DNA from: Alphaproteobacteria bacterium
Lineage (GTDB): Bacteria; Pseudomonadota; Alphaproteobacteria; UBA828
Direction of reading: 5' to 3'
DNA length: 64,000 nucleotides
Assembly: GCA_965220745.1 (NCBI GenBank)
Contig: CBDCQT010000005.1
Coordinates: forward strand, 1-64,000
Shown here: positions 1 to 10,792 of the stretch, in pieces
Numbering within the stretch: the stretch's first letter is position 1
Layout of the letters: the number at the start of each line of letters is the position of its first letter
The notes under the pieces: model-generated
Databases searched by the model: none
Told to the model about the DNA's origin: nothing
The model's input: only the letters and a program-made list of their open reading frames with translations
Translations under genes and position numbers: made by a program

Positions 1-1086
1 ACCTTCTACCGCTGGCGCAAGGAGTATGCCGGGATGAGCGGCGATCAGCTCCGCCGTTTGAAGGAGCTCGAGAAGGAGAACGAGCGGCTGCGCCGTGCGG
101 TCTCCGATCTGACGCTGGACAAGCAGATTCTCAAAGAGGCCGCAGGGGGAAACTTCTAAGCCCCTCGCGCCGGCGCCAGTGCATCGATCATGTCTGTGAC
201 CGGCTCGGGGTCTCGGAACGCCGCGCTTGCCGGGTGCTGGGGCAGCACCGCTCGACCCAGCGCCGCATCCCGCGCGGCCGCGACGACGAGGACCGCCTGG
301 TCGCGTACATGATCGAGCTGGCCCGCCAGTACGGCCGTTACGGCTATCGCCGCATCGCGGCCCTGCTTCGCGATGCCGGCTGGCAGGTCAACGACAAGCG
401 GATCGAGCGCTTGTGGCGGCGCGAGGGGCTGAAGGTGCCCGGCAAGCAACCGAAGCGGGGCCGGCTTTGGCTCAATGACGGCTCCTGCATCCGGCTGCGC
501 GCCGAGAGGGCGGATCACGTCTGGTCCTACGACTTCGTCCATCACCGGACGTATGACGGCAGGGCCTTCCGCATGCTCAACGTCCTGGACGAGTTCACCC
601 GCGAGAGCCTGGTCATCCGGGTGCGCAGGAGGCTTTCCTCGATCGACGTCATCGATGTGCTGACCGACCTGTTCATCCTGCGCGGCATTCCGACCTGGAT
701 CCGTTCCGACAACGGTCCGGAGTTCGTCGCCGAGGCCGTCAGGCGGTGGATCGCTGCGGTCAGCGCCCGCACCGCCTTCATCGAGCCGGGCTCACCCTGG
801 GAGAACGGCTACATCGAGAGCTTCAATGCGCGGCTGCGCGACGAGCTCCTGAACGGGGAGATCTTCTACACCCTGAAGGAAGCCCAGGTTCTCATCGAAT
901 CGTGGCGGTGCCATTACAACGCGATCCGCCCACACGGCAGCCTGGGATACCGGCCGCCGGCCCCGGAGACGATCATCATGCCAAGCTGGCCGCCCGGCTC
1001 CGCTACGCTCCGCCGGCCACCCAGCTTGGCCGAGGAACCCGCGATGCACTAACATTCGACCTGGACCAGTCGACGGGGGCAGGTCA
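1..1086 (+). mobile_element. IS3-family insertion sequence, copy 1 (left end outside window)
   Basis: orfA tail ending AAGGNF* (TAA 157-159), GGGAAAC -1 slippery site at 147-153, orfB DDE integrase core (WSYDF, SDNGPEF, ENGYIESFN); right end ...GGGGGCAGGTCA at 1086; reads as identical to copy at 40513-41775. Confidence 0.95.
234..1052 (+). CDS. IS3 transposase OrfB (probably made as OrfAB by -1 frameshift)
   Basis: HTH_21 region (YGYRRI) plus rve DDE motifs. Confidence 0.93.
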   Translation: MLGQHRSTQRRIPRGRDDEDRLVAYMIELARQYGRYGYRRIAALLRDAGWQVNDKRIERLWRREGLKVPGKQPKRGRLWLNDGSCIRLRAERADHVWSYDFVHHRTYDGRAFRMLNVLDEFTRESLVIRVRRRLSSIDVIDVLTDLFILRGIPTWIRSDNGPEFVAEAVRRWIAAVSARTAFIEPGSPWENGYIESFNARLRDELLNGEIFYTLKEAQVLIESWRCHYNAIRPHGSLGYRPPAPETIIMPSWPPGSATLRRPPSLAEEPAMH

Positions 1087-2794
1087 GATGCGGATGTCGA
1101 CGGTGCGGTCGCACGGCGCGAGCCAGACGAGTTCGCGCCGGACCGCCTCGGCGATCGAGGTCTTGCAGGCCTCGTCGTCCGAGAGCAACAGCCGCGTCGC
1201 CAGGTGCAGCGCGGACTCCTCGAAGCGTTCGCGTTGCGTTTCCCAGCTGTCCGAATCCGCGTCGTCGGACGGCGAGAAGAACGCCGGGCCGAGCAGTTCA
1301 GCCAGTTGGTGGGGCTGAAGCGCGCTGTCTTCCGTCACCAGCGGCATGGCTTCGTCGACCCAGGACCAGGCCTCGCCGGCAAAGACCAGATCGGCGGGCA
1401 CGTCGAGCGTCCGCACGGGACCCGATGCCGGACAGACGGAAAGCTCGAAGCGGATGGCGGCGGGCCGGGAGGGCAGCGGCGCGGTCAGGGAACGCAACGT
1501 CTCCGGCACCGGGTACTGGTCGAGCGCCATCCAATCGTCCCCGGCGGCGACCCGGACGGTTATATCCGTCACCCGGTCGAGTCCGTCGCACCAGCCATAG
1601 CCCTCCAGCCTCCGGTCGGCCTCGAACAGGCGGGCCGCGATGCCCGCCCGCTCAGCGGCGCGCCAGAGCGCCTGCGCCTCGGGCGGCTCGGGGTCGCAAA
1701 CGACGACCAGGGCGTCGCGGCCGGCGTCCGCGAGCCTTGGCGGCCCGCGCCAGTGGTCGCAGTCGGCGACCGAGGGCCGCCAGGGCCGCAGCACGGCCGG
1801 CGGGGGCGCGATGTCGATGCCGGCCTCGCGCGCCCGCGTCCAGTCCTCGAAGGCCGGGCGCGGAGAGGGATCGGCCGCCATGGCGCGGTAGATCGCCAGC
1901 CGCGCGGCCGCGCACATCTCCCTGAGGAAATCGTTCTCGACCGCCTCCTTGCGCGCCGGCAGGACCAGTTCGAGGCCGGGGCAGTTGTACACGTCGGCCA
2001 GCACGCTCCAGGTCGCGCCGTGGACGGTCTCCACGGTCGGCAGGCGCACCGGCAGGGTCCAGACCGAAAAAGTTGAGGTCGGGGTCGTTGTAGCCGCTGC
2101 GGCGGTTCTTGAAGACGGCGAAGGCGAGGCCGCGCCAGGGCTCGGAATGGACCGCGCCGTCGAGGAAGGCGCGGCGCGGCAGTTCCTCCGCGACGGCAGA
2201 TCTACTCTCCGAGCGGTCCTCGAACACGACCGGCAGCGGGTAATGGCGGGCGGCGTTCTCGGCCGCGTTGCGGATCGCGGCGATGGCTTCGGTGGCCTCG
2301 AAGGAAATCGACACCCCATGGGGATAGGGGGCCTTGTCGTCGGCATGAACCACGGCGTCGGCCTCCCCGAGAAAATGCTCGGGTTCCAGCTCGACGCGCC
2401 AGCCGGGCACCATCTCCTGGTCCGGCGAGCGCGGCCTGGATGACACCGTGCAGTTGCGCCGCGCCAGGCTGGCGAAACCGAAGCCGGCGGCGTCCTCGCG
2501 CCGCACCAGCGCGTCGTCCCAGCCGTTCTCGCCGAAGCTGAGCAGCACGGCTGGATCGGCGATGCCAGCGCCGTCGTCGGAAACGGTGACGGTGAGCGGC
2601 GTCTCGCCGGTGTCCGGATTGTCGTCAACGGGACTGCGGGCGGGTGCGGAAACCGAAATTCGCACTTGCGCGGCGCCGGCGCGGCGGCTGTTCTGCAAGG
2701 TCTCGGCGAAGATGTCGGCGAGGGTCGCCGCATAGATGCGGGTGACGCGCTTCACGGCGGTCTCGTGGATGCGGGCGCGGATCGTCCGGTTCAT
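1087..2794 (-). pseudogene. GHKL/HATPase_c-domain protein, frameshifted and IS-truncated
   Basis: ETLQNSRRAGA, VSDDGAGI, GFGFASL motifs; one extra G near 2059 moves FFGL into frame TLPVRLPTVE; 3' end cut by IS3 at 1086. Confidence 0.75.
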
Positions 2795-2908
2795 GGACGG
2801 ACCTCCATCGGTTGCGGAACGGAAATGGAAACGCCCCGCCGGCGCCTGCCCCGGCCCCTGAGCCGGGGGAATGCGCTGGCGGGGCGTTCTGGCGGGGCCT
2901 GCGGTCGC

Positions 2909-5380
2909 CTAGTGGACGCGGCGGAGAAACTCGGGGATCTCCATCGGGTCCGGGTGGACGTCATGCCCGTTGACCGGGTCGGTCGCCGCGATGCCGTCCG
3001 GCCCGCCGGCGACGGCCGGGTCGGGATCGGCCTCCCCGGTAACGCCGGCATCGGCGTCCGGACCGGGGTCGACCGTGTCGGCGGCGCCGTTGCCGGCATT
3101 CGCCGCCGCACCGTCCGACCCTTCCGGTTCGGAAGCGGCCTCCGTCGCATGGCCGTTGACGGCTGGCGCTGCCTCCGCCGGATCGGTCCCGGCGGCGGCG
3201 GTCGGTTCCTCGGACTCCGGCTCGCCGGCCGGCGCGGTTTCGGCGTCGGCGGCGGGTTCCGCGGGCTCAGGTGTGGAGGCGGTGCCGACATCGGCCACCG
3301 CGTCCCCGGCGTCGCCGACCGTCCGGCCGGTGTCGAATGCCGCGAAACCGGGCGGGACCCAGGCGAGCGCCTTGGCGTGCATCGCGGCGCTCACGCCGAC
3401 CGGCGGGTCGCCGACGGCGAAGGCCGCCTCCATCGCTTCGGCCAGCGCGGGCTTCCTGTACTTGGACCGCGCCGACGCCCAGTTGAGGCCGAACACCGTG
3501 CGGGCGATGTCCAGAACACGGCTCTTGTTGATCCGCGACCACAGCATCGCTGCCGTCGGGCGGACATGCTTCGCGAAGTCGATGTCGAGCCGGGCGACGG
3601 TGGCTTCGAGCTCGGGCCGGGCCTGGGGCTCGAAGGCGAGCTGGCCCTTCACCGTGCGCGCGACGCAGGCCGCGAACAGCGCCTCCTTCTCGGCCCGGGG
3701 CAATGCCCTGAGCGCCGCGAAGGATTCGCCGTCGTCCTCGATCGTGAGCCAGTCGAGCGACAGGTGCGAGCGGTCTGCCAGCATCGCCTCGCCCGGCGAC
3801 CAGTCGGCGAAATCGGCGTCGTTCATCCGGGTATTGGGCCGGTCCGGGGTCTCCTTGACCGCGATGTCGAGGGCGTGGTCGTGGTAGCCCGGCGCGAACA
3901 CGGCGCGGCCCATCTGGAACAGCGCGAGGTCGAAGGCGGCCTCGAAGTCGCCGGCGAGCTTGGCCTTGACCAGCGCGGTGCGGATCGAGCGCAGGTCGTC
4001 GGCAAGGCCGATCCCGACGCCCGCCTCCTTGCGCGCCTCGGCCTCGCGGTCCCTCGGCGGCGCCATCGGGGTGGAGACGGACGTGCCAGATGTGTGAACG
4101 GCATGACCGGCGGTGTGGACGCCTTGCGTGGTGGCGTGCGTATCGTGACCGTTCGTGGCCTGGGTGCCGGGCTCGGCCGACTCTTCCGGCTTCGGCACGT
4201 CCTCGGGCTTCACCAGTCCGGCGATGACCTGGAGCGTCCCGTCGCGGCCGATCGTGGCGATGCAGCCCGCCATGGCGAAATCCTCGCGGCGGAAGACGGC
4301 ACCCGCCTCGACGACGCCCCCGATCTCGTCGAGGCGGGTCTCGATGCGCCCGGCTTCCTCGACCAGCTCCTCGGTCCAGTCGTCGTCGTCGAGCCCGCGG
4401 AGCTCGTCGTAGCGGGTCTCCAGCTTCTCGATCTCGGCGCGCTCCTCGTCGGTGGGAACGCCGGGCTGGGGCTCGACGCGGCCGTAGCGGGCGGTGTCGT
4501 CCCACGCGACCTCGATCATGGCGGTGGCCCACTTCCAGCGGGTCGCCAGCTCGTCGGCGGCCACCTGGAGCTTGTCGGTCGCCAGCTTCTCCAGCAGCAC
4601 CGGGTCCTCGAACCAGACGCCGTGCTCGTATTCCTCGGCGAACAGGTCGCGCATGACCTGACCGCCGGCGGCCTCGTAGGCGTACACGCCGACGAAGCGG
4701 GCGATCGAGGTGCCGCCGGGCACCCGCTCCTCGGTCAGCAGGCGTTTCACCTGCGCGGCCGAGGGCCGGTAGGGCTGGGCCGAGAGCTGTTCCCAGACCG
4801 CGATCTGGCGCTCGCGGTCGGCGGTGACGGCGAAGGCCTTCAGCACTTCCAGGTCGATCTCGCCGGCGCGGTAGGCGTCCAGCAGTTCGGGCGCGGCGTT
4901 GCCGAGGCGCAGGCGCTGCTCGACGATGCGCTCGGAGGCGCCGAAGCGCGCCGCGATGGCGGAGACCGACTGGCCGGCGTCGGACAGCTTCGAGAACGCG
5001 ACCACCTGGTCGGCGGGGTGCATCGCGATGCGGATGACGTTCTCGGCGAGCGAGAGCTCGGCGGGGTCGGCGTCGCCTGACCTGACCTGGCAGGGCACCG
5101 GATGGTCGGCTTCGAACACCTTGTCCTCGACCAGCGCCTGCATGGCCTTGAGGCGGCGTCCGCCGGCGACCACGGCGTAGCGTTCGGCGCCATCTTCGTC
5201 GGGTTCGTCCGGGCGGACGACAAGGTTCTCCATCAGGTTGAGGGCGGCGATCGAGGCCTTGAGCGAAGCATCGGCCTCGGGATCGGGCGGGGTCTTGCGG
5301 ACGTTCTCGGGGGCGAGCGCGAGCCGACTCAGCGGGATCTCCCGGATGAGCGGTTCGGCCCTGGGGGCGATGAAGTTCAT
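2909..5380 (-). CDS. ParB/RepB/Spo0J-family protein (long ICE/plasmid type)
   Basis: ENVRKT, VVAGGRRL, SLAEN, MHPADQ motifs and HTH; acidic low-complexity C-tail. Confidence 0.88.
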   Translation of the reverse strand: MNFIAPRAEPLIREIPLSRLALAPENVRKTPPDPEADASLKASIAALNLMENLVVRPDEPDEDGAERYAVVAGGRRLKAMQALVEDKVFEADHPVPCQVRSGDADPAELSLAENVIRIAMHPADQVVAFSKLSDAGQSVSAIAARFGASERIVEQRLRLGNAAPELLDAYRAGEIDLEVLKAFAVTADRERQIAVWEQLSAQPYRPSAAQVKRLLTEERVPGGTSIARFVGVYAYEAAGGQVMRDLFAEEYEHGVWFEDPVLLEKLATDKLQVAADELATRWKWATAMIEVAWDDTARYGRVEPQPGVPTDEERAEIEKLETRYDELRGLDDDDWTEELVEEAGRIETRLDEIGGVVEAGAVFRREDFAMAGCIATIGRDGTLQVIAGLVKPEDVPKPEESAEPGTQATNGHDTHATTQGVHTAGHAVHTSGTSVSTPMAPPRDREAEARKEAGVGIGLADDLRSIRTALVKAKLAGDFEAAFDLALFQMGRAVFAPGYHDHALDIAVKETPDRPNTRMNDADFADWSPGEAMLADRSHLSLDWLTIEDDGESFAALRALPRAEKEALFAACVARTVKGQLAFEPQARPELEATVARLDIDFAKHVRPTAAMLWSRINKSRVLDIARTVFGLNWASARSKYRKPALAEAMEAAFAVGDPPVGVSAAMHAKALAWVPPGFAAFDTGRTVGDAGDAVADVGTASTPEPAEPAADAETAPAGEPESEEPTAAAGTDPAEAAPAVNGHATEAASEPEGSDGAAANAGNGAADTVDPGPDADAGVTGEADPDPAVAGGPDGIAATDPVNGHDVHPDPMEIPEFLRRVH

Positions 5381-5553
5381 GCGAATCTCCCTGGAGGGTT
5401 GCGAACGTGCGGCGCGGGCGGGCCTCTCCGGCCACCCCGCGCCCGCCCGAACCGCCGCCCGGCTCCGCCTCCCGGCGGCGTTGCGGTCGGGGGCCGGAGT
5501 TCGGCGGCGGAGTTCGGGAGGGGTGCGTGAGCCGGCCGGTGCGCGGCCGAAGG

Positions 5554-6213
5554 TCAGTCGTTCTCGACCGGCAACAGGCTGTCGGGATACGGCCGCAGCA
5601 CCGAGCGCCAGCCGTCCGCGCAGGCCTCGATCTCGATGCCCGACAAGGCCGGGGACTCGTCACGCGCGAGGGTGGCGAGCGCGTCCAGTCGATCGCGGTG
5701 GACCGGGATCGCCGCATCGAGCCGATCCGCGACCGCACACCACCACGCGACGATCTCGCTCACCAGGATCGGGGAGTACGGCGGTTTGCCGAAGGCGAGA
5801 GCCCCGTCGCCGGCGAACATCCGCTCGCCGTGGCGGTTGCCCCAGATCTCCGGATGCCGCTCGGCCCAGCCCCTCAGCGCGGGGGCGTTCATGAACCCGA
5901 GGTCGCAGGCGAGCATGTGCGCGCCCTCGTGGTACATGAGATGGGTGACGGTTCCGTCACGTCTCAGCGCCATCATGGTCTCGCCGGGGTCCTTGTAGAA
6001 GGTCTCGTCGTGGCGCCAGCGGATCGCGGGGTGGTCGATCAGGCGGCCGAGCGCGTACCAGCCGCCGTGGCAGGCGGTGGTGCGGCATTCGTGACGGTGG
6101 ACGATCCCCCAGTCCATGAGAACCTCCCGGTCGCCGCCGTGGACTTCCATGGCGCGCTCGATCCGCGACATGGCGAGGCGGATGGCTTCGGGAGACGGGT
6201 GAACGGTCTGCAT
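5554..6213 (-). CDS. hypothetical protein
   Basis: ATG (MQTVHP) with GGAGGAG RBS; in operon orientation; CRTTACHGGW motif. Confidence 0.7.
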   Translation of the reverse strand: MQTVHPSPEAIRLAMSRIERAMEVHGGDREVLMDWGIVHRHECRTTACHGGWYALGRLIDHPAIRWRHDETFYKDPGETMMALRRDGTVTHLMYHEGAHMLACDLGFMNAPALRGWAERHPEIWGNRHGERMFAGDGALAFGKPPYSPILVSEIVAWWCAVADRLDAAIPVHRDRLDALATLARDESPALSGIEIEACADGWRSVLRPYPDSLLPVEND

Positions 6214-6254
6214 GGCGGTCGCTCCTCCAACGGTGCGGCGGTGTCGCCGGGACG

Positions 6255-7646
6255 TCATGCGGCGATGTCGATTCGCTCGCCCCAGGGCTCGCGGTTCCAG
6301 TCCTCCGGCGGGTCGCCCCAATTGACCCAGACGACTCCGAATGCTGGCTCGGCCTCGGGGTAGTCGGAGCACTCCATGTCGGTGAAGTAGAGGCAGACGG
6401 CGGGCCGGATGTCCTGCTCGTCGAGCCACTCGAAGCCCGGCCGGAAGTCGGTGCCGCCCCGCCCCTTCAGCGCGATCTCGTCGGGAAGATCGTCGGGCGC
6501 GTACTCCGCCGCGTCCTGCAGCGCGGCATCGACCTGGAGCACGACGACGCTCTCGGGCCCGATCTCCTCCGCGACCTCGCGCAGCTCCGTCCAAAACTCG
6601 GCCAAGGTGGCCGCGGGAAGCGAGCCGGAGGTATCGATGATGACCGCGATCGTCTCCATCCCCTCCGAATGGATCGAGGGGAGGTAGAGACCGGAGTCGA
6701 TGAAGCGCCGGTTGGGCAGGCTCCAGGAATAGTCGCTCTTCGCGGCGTCGGTCATGTAGCGGCGCAGCAGCGTGCGCCAATCGAGCCTGCTCGTATGGGC
6801 GCCCTTCACCGTTTCCTCGACGCGGCCCGGCACCTTGCCCTCGGCGCGGGCGATGTTGAGCGCCTGGTGCATCGCCTCGTCCCAGGCCTGCTCCTCGGCG
6901 GCGACGTCCACGGGCGTCTCGCCGGACTCATTGCCGTCCTCTCCCGCCCGCGTGCCGGCGTCCATCACCTCCCCGGTGCCGGAGGGATCGTGGCTCGGCG
7001 GGGCATCGGAAGGGCCATCGTCGCCTTGGCCGTCGCCGACCTGGCTCTGGCCGTTCCCGTCGCCTTGGTCCGGGTCGCCATCGGTGCCGTCCTGGTCCTC
7101 GGGGTCCCCACCGCCGGCGGAATCGGACGGATCGCCGGTATCGTCGTCATCACCGTCCGGCGAGGATTGGACGTTGGCCGACGCACCGGCACCGGGAGCG
7201 CCGGAGGATGCGTCGCCTTCGTCCCCGGAATCGTCGTCCCCGGGCTCCGGCAGGCGCTCGTAGGCCTGCTCGACGCTCAGCTCGTCCAAGGCTTCGGCGT
7301 CGGGCGGCAGGGTGAAGCCGGCGTCGCGGATGAGCGCATGGGTGACGAGCTGCGAGGCCATCTGCCAGCGCTCGGGGTCGCGCTCGCCCCGGCGGGTGTG
7401 ATGCTTGAGCGAACACGCCATGACGACCCGCGCCATCGCGGTCTCGATGAGGTGCGCCTCGGTCTCGGCGATCCAGCGGGGCGAGTAGCGGATCTCGTGG
7501 CCGTCCGTCGCCAGCGTCTCGCGGGTGGGGTCGGGCCGCAGCGGCAGCCGCAGCACGAGGCTGCCGAAGAAGGGCTGCTTGCGCAGCAGCTCCGTCACGC
7601 AGTCGCTGACCCGGATCGCGGACTCATTGCGCACGCGGGCGGCCAT
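6255..7646 (-). CDS. DUF2201-type metallopeptidase-like plus vWA domain protein
   Basis: PFFGSL...ATDG N-domain, acidic linker, MIDAS IDTSGS, GRGGTDF, YFTD; start overlaps upstream stop. Confidence 0.85.
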   Translation of the reverse strand: MAARVRNESAIRVSDCVTELLRKQPFFGSLVLRLPLRPDPTRETLATDGHEIRYSPRWIAETEAHLIETAMARVVMACSLKHHTRRGERDPERWQMASQLVTHALIRDAGFTLPPDAEALDELSVEQAYERLPEPGDDDSGDEGDASSGAPGAGASANVQSSPDGDDDDTGDPSDSAGGGDPEDQDGTDGDPDQGDGNGQSQVGDGQGDDGPSDAPPSHDPSGTGEVMDAGTRAGEDGNESGETPVDVAAEEQAWDEAMHQALNIARAEGKVPGRVEETVKGAHTSRLDWRTLLRRYMTDAAKSDYSWSLPNRRFIDSGLYLPSIHSEGMETIAVIIDTSGSLPAATLAEFWTELREVAEEIGPESVVVLQVDAALQDAAEYAPDDLPDEIALKGRGGTDFRPGFEWLDEQDIRPAVCLYFTDMECSDYPEAEPAFGVVWVNWGDPPEDWNREPWGERIDIAA

Positions 7647-8560
7647 CAGGCGGCCTCCCGCACCGGGTCGGCGGCGGGCTCTTCGGTCCGCCCCCCGAAA
7701 TACCCCGCGAACTTCTCTGCGAGCTCGTCTGCGTCGCGCTTGACCTGGGCGCGGGCCACCGGGTCGAAGCTCTTCGACGGCCGAAGCGCGTCCGGCTCGA
7801 CACTGGCGATCTTCTCCTTCACCTGCTCGCAGAGCCGGGCGAGCTCGTCGTCGCCGAAGATGTTGAGGCGTGGCACCACGTCCACCAGGTCGCGAATGTT
7901 CGAGATCATCGTGTCCCGGAACACCAGCGGCTTGCCCTCGTCGTCCTCCCGCAACCGCTCGGAGACGCGCTCGACCGCCTCGCCGAACCGGCGGTAGAGG
8001 TCGCCAACCGCGCCGTGGAGCTGTTCCTCGACGTGGCGCTCGATGTCGCGCTTCACCCGCTCGGTGTCGTCCGAGGCGAGCTGGGCGATGAAGTGGTCCG
8101 CGTCCGGCACCGGCGTGATGCGGTAGCGGATGGCGAACTTGCCCTGGAGCGCCTCCTTCGAGGGGTAGTCCTCGATGCGGAACAGCTTGCCGAGGTCGAG
8201 CCGGGCCTGGTCGATGTACTCGTCGTAGTCCTCGATGAAGCGGGCGCGCTGACGCACTACCCGCTCGCGGAAGCCGTCCATCAGCTCCGTGTAGTGCTCG
8301 TAGTTGGCGACGGTGAGCAGCCGCGCGCCCTTGTCGTCCCAGGGGAGCGAGTTGGCGTAGTGCTTCGTCCTCGCTTCGCTCATGGTGGCGGTGAGCGCGG
8401 CGAAGGCGGCCTTGGGCAGCAGGCGCTTGTTGTAGCGCCCGGCGCCGGTCGAGGCTTCGTGGGCGACGGCGACGTGGTCGCTCGCCTGGCGGTCGTAGAG
8501 CCGGCCGGACCAGGCGGCGATGTGCAGCCCGACCAGCATGGCGTCGCGATTGAGGTCCAT
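7646..8560 (-). CDS. conserved hypothetical protein (DUF3150-like) of AAA/vWA operons
   Basis: GAGGAG RBS, SLPWDDKGARLL and DYPS motifs typical of this family; position between AAA and vWA genes. Confidence 0.65.
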   Translation of the reverse strand: MDLNRDAMLVGLHIAAWSGRLYDRQASDHVAVAHEASTGAGRYNKRLLPKAAFAALTATMSEARTKHYANSLPWDDKGARLLTVANYEHYTELMDGFRERVVRQRARFIEDYDEYIDQARLDLGKLFRIEDYPSKEALQGKFAIRYRITPVPDADHFIAQLASDDTERVKRDIERHVEEQLHGAVGDLYRRFGEAVERVSERLREDDEGKPLVFRDTMISNIRDLVDVVPRLNIFGDDELARLCEQVKEKIASVEPDALRPSKSFDPVARAQVKRDADELAEKFAGYFGGRTEEPAADPVREAA

Positions 8561-8577
8561 GGGGTTCTCCTCTCGGG

Positions 8578-8712
8578 TTAGCGGAGCGTCCACACGGGGA
8601 CGTCGAGGAAGGCGGCGAGCTTCCGCCTGGCCGCGTCGAGGCTCGGCGCCCGCACGGCGTATCTGCGCGAAGGGGCATCCCCCGCCGGGCGGTGCGTGAC
8701 CCACCAGTGCAT
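8578..8712 (-). CDS. small hypothetical protein (44 aa)
   Basis: AAGGAG RBS before MHWWVTH; fills operon gap. Confidence 0.45.
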   Translation of the reverse strand: MHWWVTHRPAGDAPSRRYAVRAPSLDAARRKLAAFLDVPVWTLR

Positions 8713-8723
8713 GGCGTTCTCCT

Positions 8724-9107
8724 TCATTGCGTCTTGGCCGCCGCCCAGCGGATGAAGGCGGGCGAGCGCTGGAGCGCGGGCTCGCGGCGCACGCAGGCAC
8801 CGACCAGAGATTCCCCGACCTCGCGGCGGAGCCGGGTGGCGTAGGTGACGATGGCGTCGAGGTTGACATCGGAGGCCATGCGGTAGAGCGAGCCGCAGAG
8901 CGCCATCAGCGTGCTGGCGTTCTCCGGGATGTCGGCGTTCGTGGGGTCGTCGAGGACGGCCCTCGGATGGGGCAGCTCGCGCCACACCTTCAGGAACGAC
9001 GTGAATTCGACCGCGGCGGCCTCGCCCACCGTGCCCCGGAACAGCGTCCGCTCGACCTCGGCATCGAGGCCGTTGCGGTTCTTGACGATGTTGCTTGCAA
9101 ACTCCCA
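8724..9107 (-). pseudogene. MoxR/CbbQ-like AAA+ ATPase, C-terminal part
   Basis: WEFASNIV...GTVGEAAAVEF continues the N-terminal part at 12813-13460. Confidence 0.85.
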
Positions 9108-9235
9108 ATATCGCGACCTCGCAGATATGGCGAGGACGGGGCGACAGCCCACAGAGCGCCTCCTCTGGCGGCTGGATCGCTCAACATATTTCTGGCCTCC
9201 TCTCTTGGCTTCGCCAAGAAAAGAGGAGAGCCATC

Positions 9236-10792
9236 ATGTCATCAACAACAACGCGCCTGTCCGGGTCTCAGCTCACGCCTGAACCGCATCCCGAGGTATT
9301 CGACGAGTATCGCGATCACTTGAGGGGCCTCGGATTCACGGAAACGAGCGTCCGGGACCACGGTCGTTTCGTACGGCATTTCCTGATCTGGCTGGACGCA
9401 GACGACATTACACTGGATTCGATCGACGGCAATGTTGTGTCGAGCTTCTTTCGTCACGATTGCGGCTGCGATCTACCCTTCTCCAAGGCAATCCCGTCCG
9501 ACTCCGGATATTCGGTAGGGCCAGTCACTCGGTTTGTGCGCTTTCTTGAGGAGACTGGGCGAACCTTCCATCTCGAGGAACTGGACCAAAACCTCGGTCT
9601 ACTGGATCAGTTTCTACAGCAGTCCCGAGAAAACGGATACAGCCACAGGGCACTTAACGTCTTTCGGTCGACAAGCCGCCACTTCATCGTCTGGCTGCAC
9701 CATTTCCGTATCCCGCTCGGGCAGCTGGACAGTTCTACTCTGGAGTGCTTTTTCGAACACGACTGCTATTGCGGTCTCCCGGGAATATACACCGGTTGGC
9801 GCAAGAAGGAACGTGCCGTCTACCAACCGTCAGGCCTCACTCGGTTTATCGAGTTCTTGATTGACCGCGGCGAGGTCTCGGACGTCTTTCCATCGCCCAC
9901 GGTAGCCGACGACGGCCTTGACGAGTTCCGTTCCTGGCTCCGGCAAAACCGCAACATTGGTGAGAAGACCATACGGCACTACACCGGAACAATAACCTCT
10001 CTCCGCCCAGACCTTGCAGAGAATCCCGATCAGTTTGACGTAACACAGATCCGGAACGCTCTAATGGACAAGCTCGAGAGCGCCTCTATCCGCCAAGCGA
10101 AACGAGTAACGTCCACGCTGCGCATGTACCTGCGGTTTATGGCCTCCACAGGTCGCTGCTCCGCGAGACTGGTGGGTGCTGTTCCGACCGTCGCAGAATG
10201 GAGTCAAACCACACTGCCTCGTTACTTGGCGCCTGAGATAATTGAACGGGCGATAGATTCTTGCGACCGAGCAACAGCGAAGGGGGTGCGCAACCGAGCA
10301 ATAGTGCTCTTGCTCGCCAGGCTGGGCCTGCGTGCTGGAGAAGTTTCTCGCTTACGGTTGTGCGATATCGACTGGGAGAACGCACAGCTCCGGATCTGTG
10401 GAAAATCGGACAAGGAAACGGCCATTCCACTTCCGCAGGAGGTTGGAGATGCGTTGCTTGACTATATCACCAATGCCCGACCTCGCGCAGATGAGGAAAG
10501 GGTCTTTCTGTCGGTGCTGGCACCGCACCGGCCGTTCAAGGAATCAAGCGGGATCACCTACGTCGCGCGCGTTGCGCTCGAACGCGCCGGTGTCGATCGC
10601 GCCAAGTTCCGGGGCGCACATGTCTTTCGACACAGCGCGGCTACCAATCTGCTGCGATCCGGCGCATCTCTCCGCTTCGTCGGCTCCTTGCTTCGGCACG
10701 AGTCCCTGAAGACCACCGCGCTATACGCAAAAGTCGATGCGCAGATGCTTCAAGAACTCGCGCAACCATGGATCGGGGGGAATACGAAATGA
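9236..10792 (+). CDS. ritA: RIT tyrosine recombinase A (518 aa, extended N-terminus)
   Basis: GAGGAG RBS; GLRAGE, HVFRHS, LRH...ALY catalytic set. Confidence 0.85.
   Translation: MSSTTTRLSGSQLTPEPHPEVFDEYRDHLRGLGFTETSVRDHGRFVRHFLIWLDADDITLDSIDGNVVSSFFRHDCGCDLPFSKAIPSDSGYSVGPVTRFVRFLEETGRTFHLEELDQNLGLLDQFLQQSRENGYSHRALNVFRSTSRHFIVWLHHFRIPLGQLDSSTLECFFEHDCYCGLPGIYTGWRKKERAVYQPSGLTRFIEFLIDRGEVSDVFPSPTVADDGLDEFRSWLRQNRNIGEKTIRHYTGTITSLRPDLAENPDQFDVTQIRNALMDKLESASIRQAKRVTSTLRMYLRFMASTGRCSARLVGAVPTVAEWSQTTLPRYLAPEIIERAIDSCDRATAKGVRNRAIVLLLARLGLRAGEVSRLRLCDIDWENAQLRICGKSDKETAIPLPQEVGDALLDYITNARPRADEERVFLSVLAPHRPFKESSGITYVARVALERAGVDRAKFRGAHVFRHSAATNLLRSGASLRFVGSLLRHESLKTTALYAKVDAQMLQELAQPWIGGNTK

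Noticed and set aside
2666-5738. 800-aa alternative ORFs over parB (and similar ones at 26983-28803, 55215-58127)
   Set aside because: Antisense or off-frame shadows of GC-rich genes, Arg/Gly/Pro-rich, no motifs
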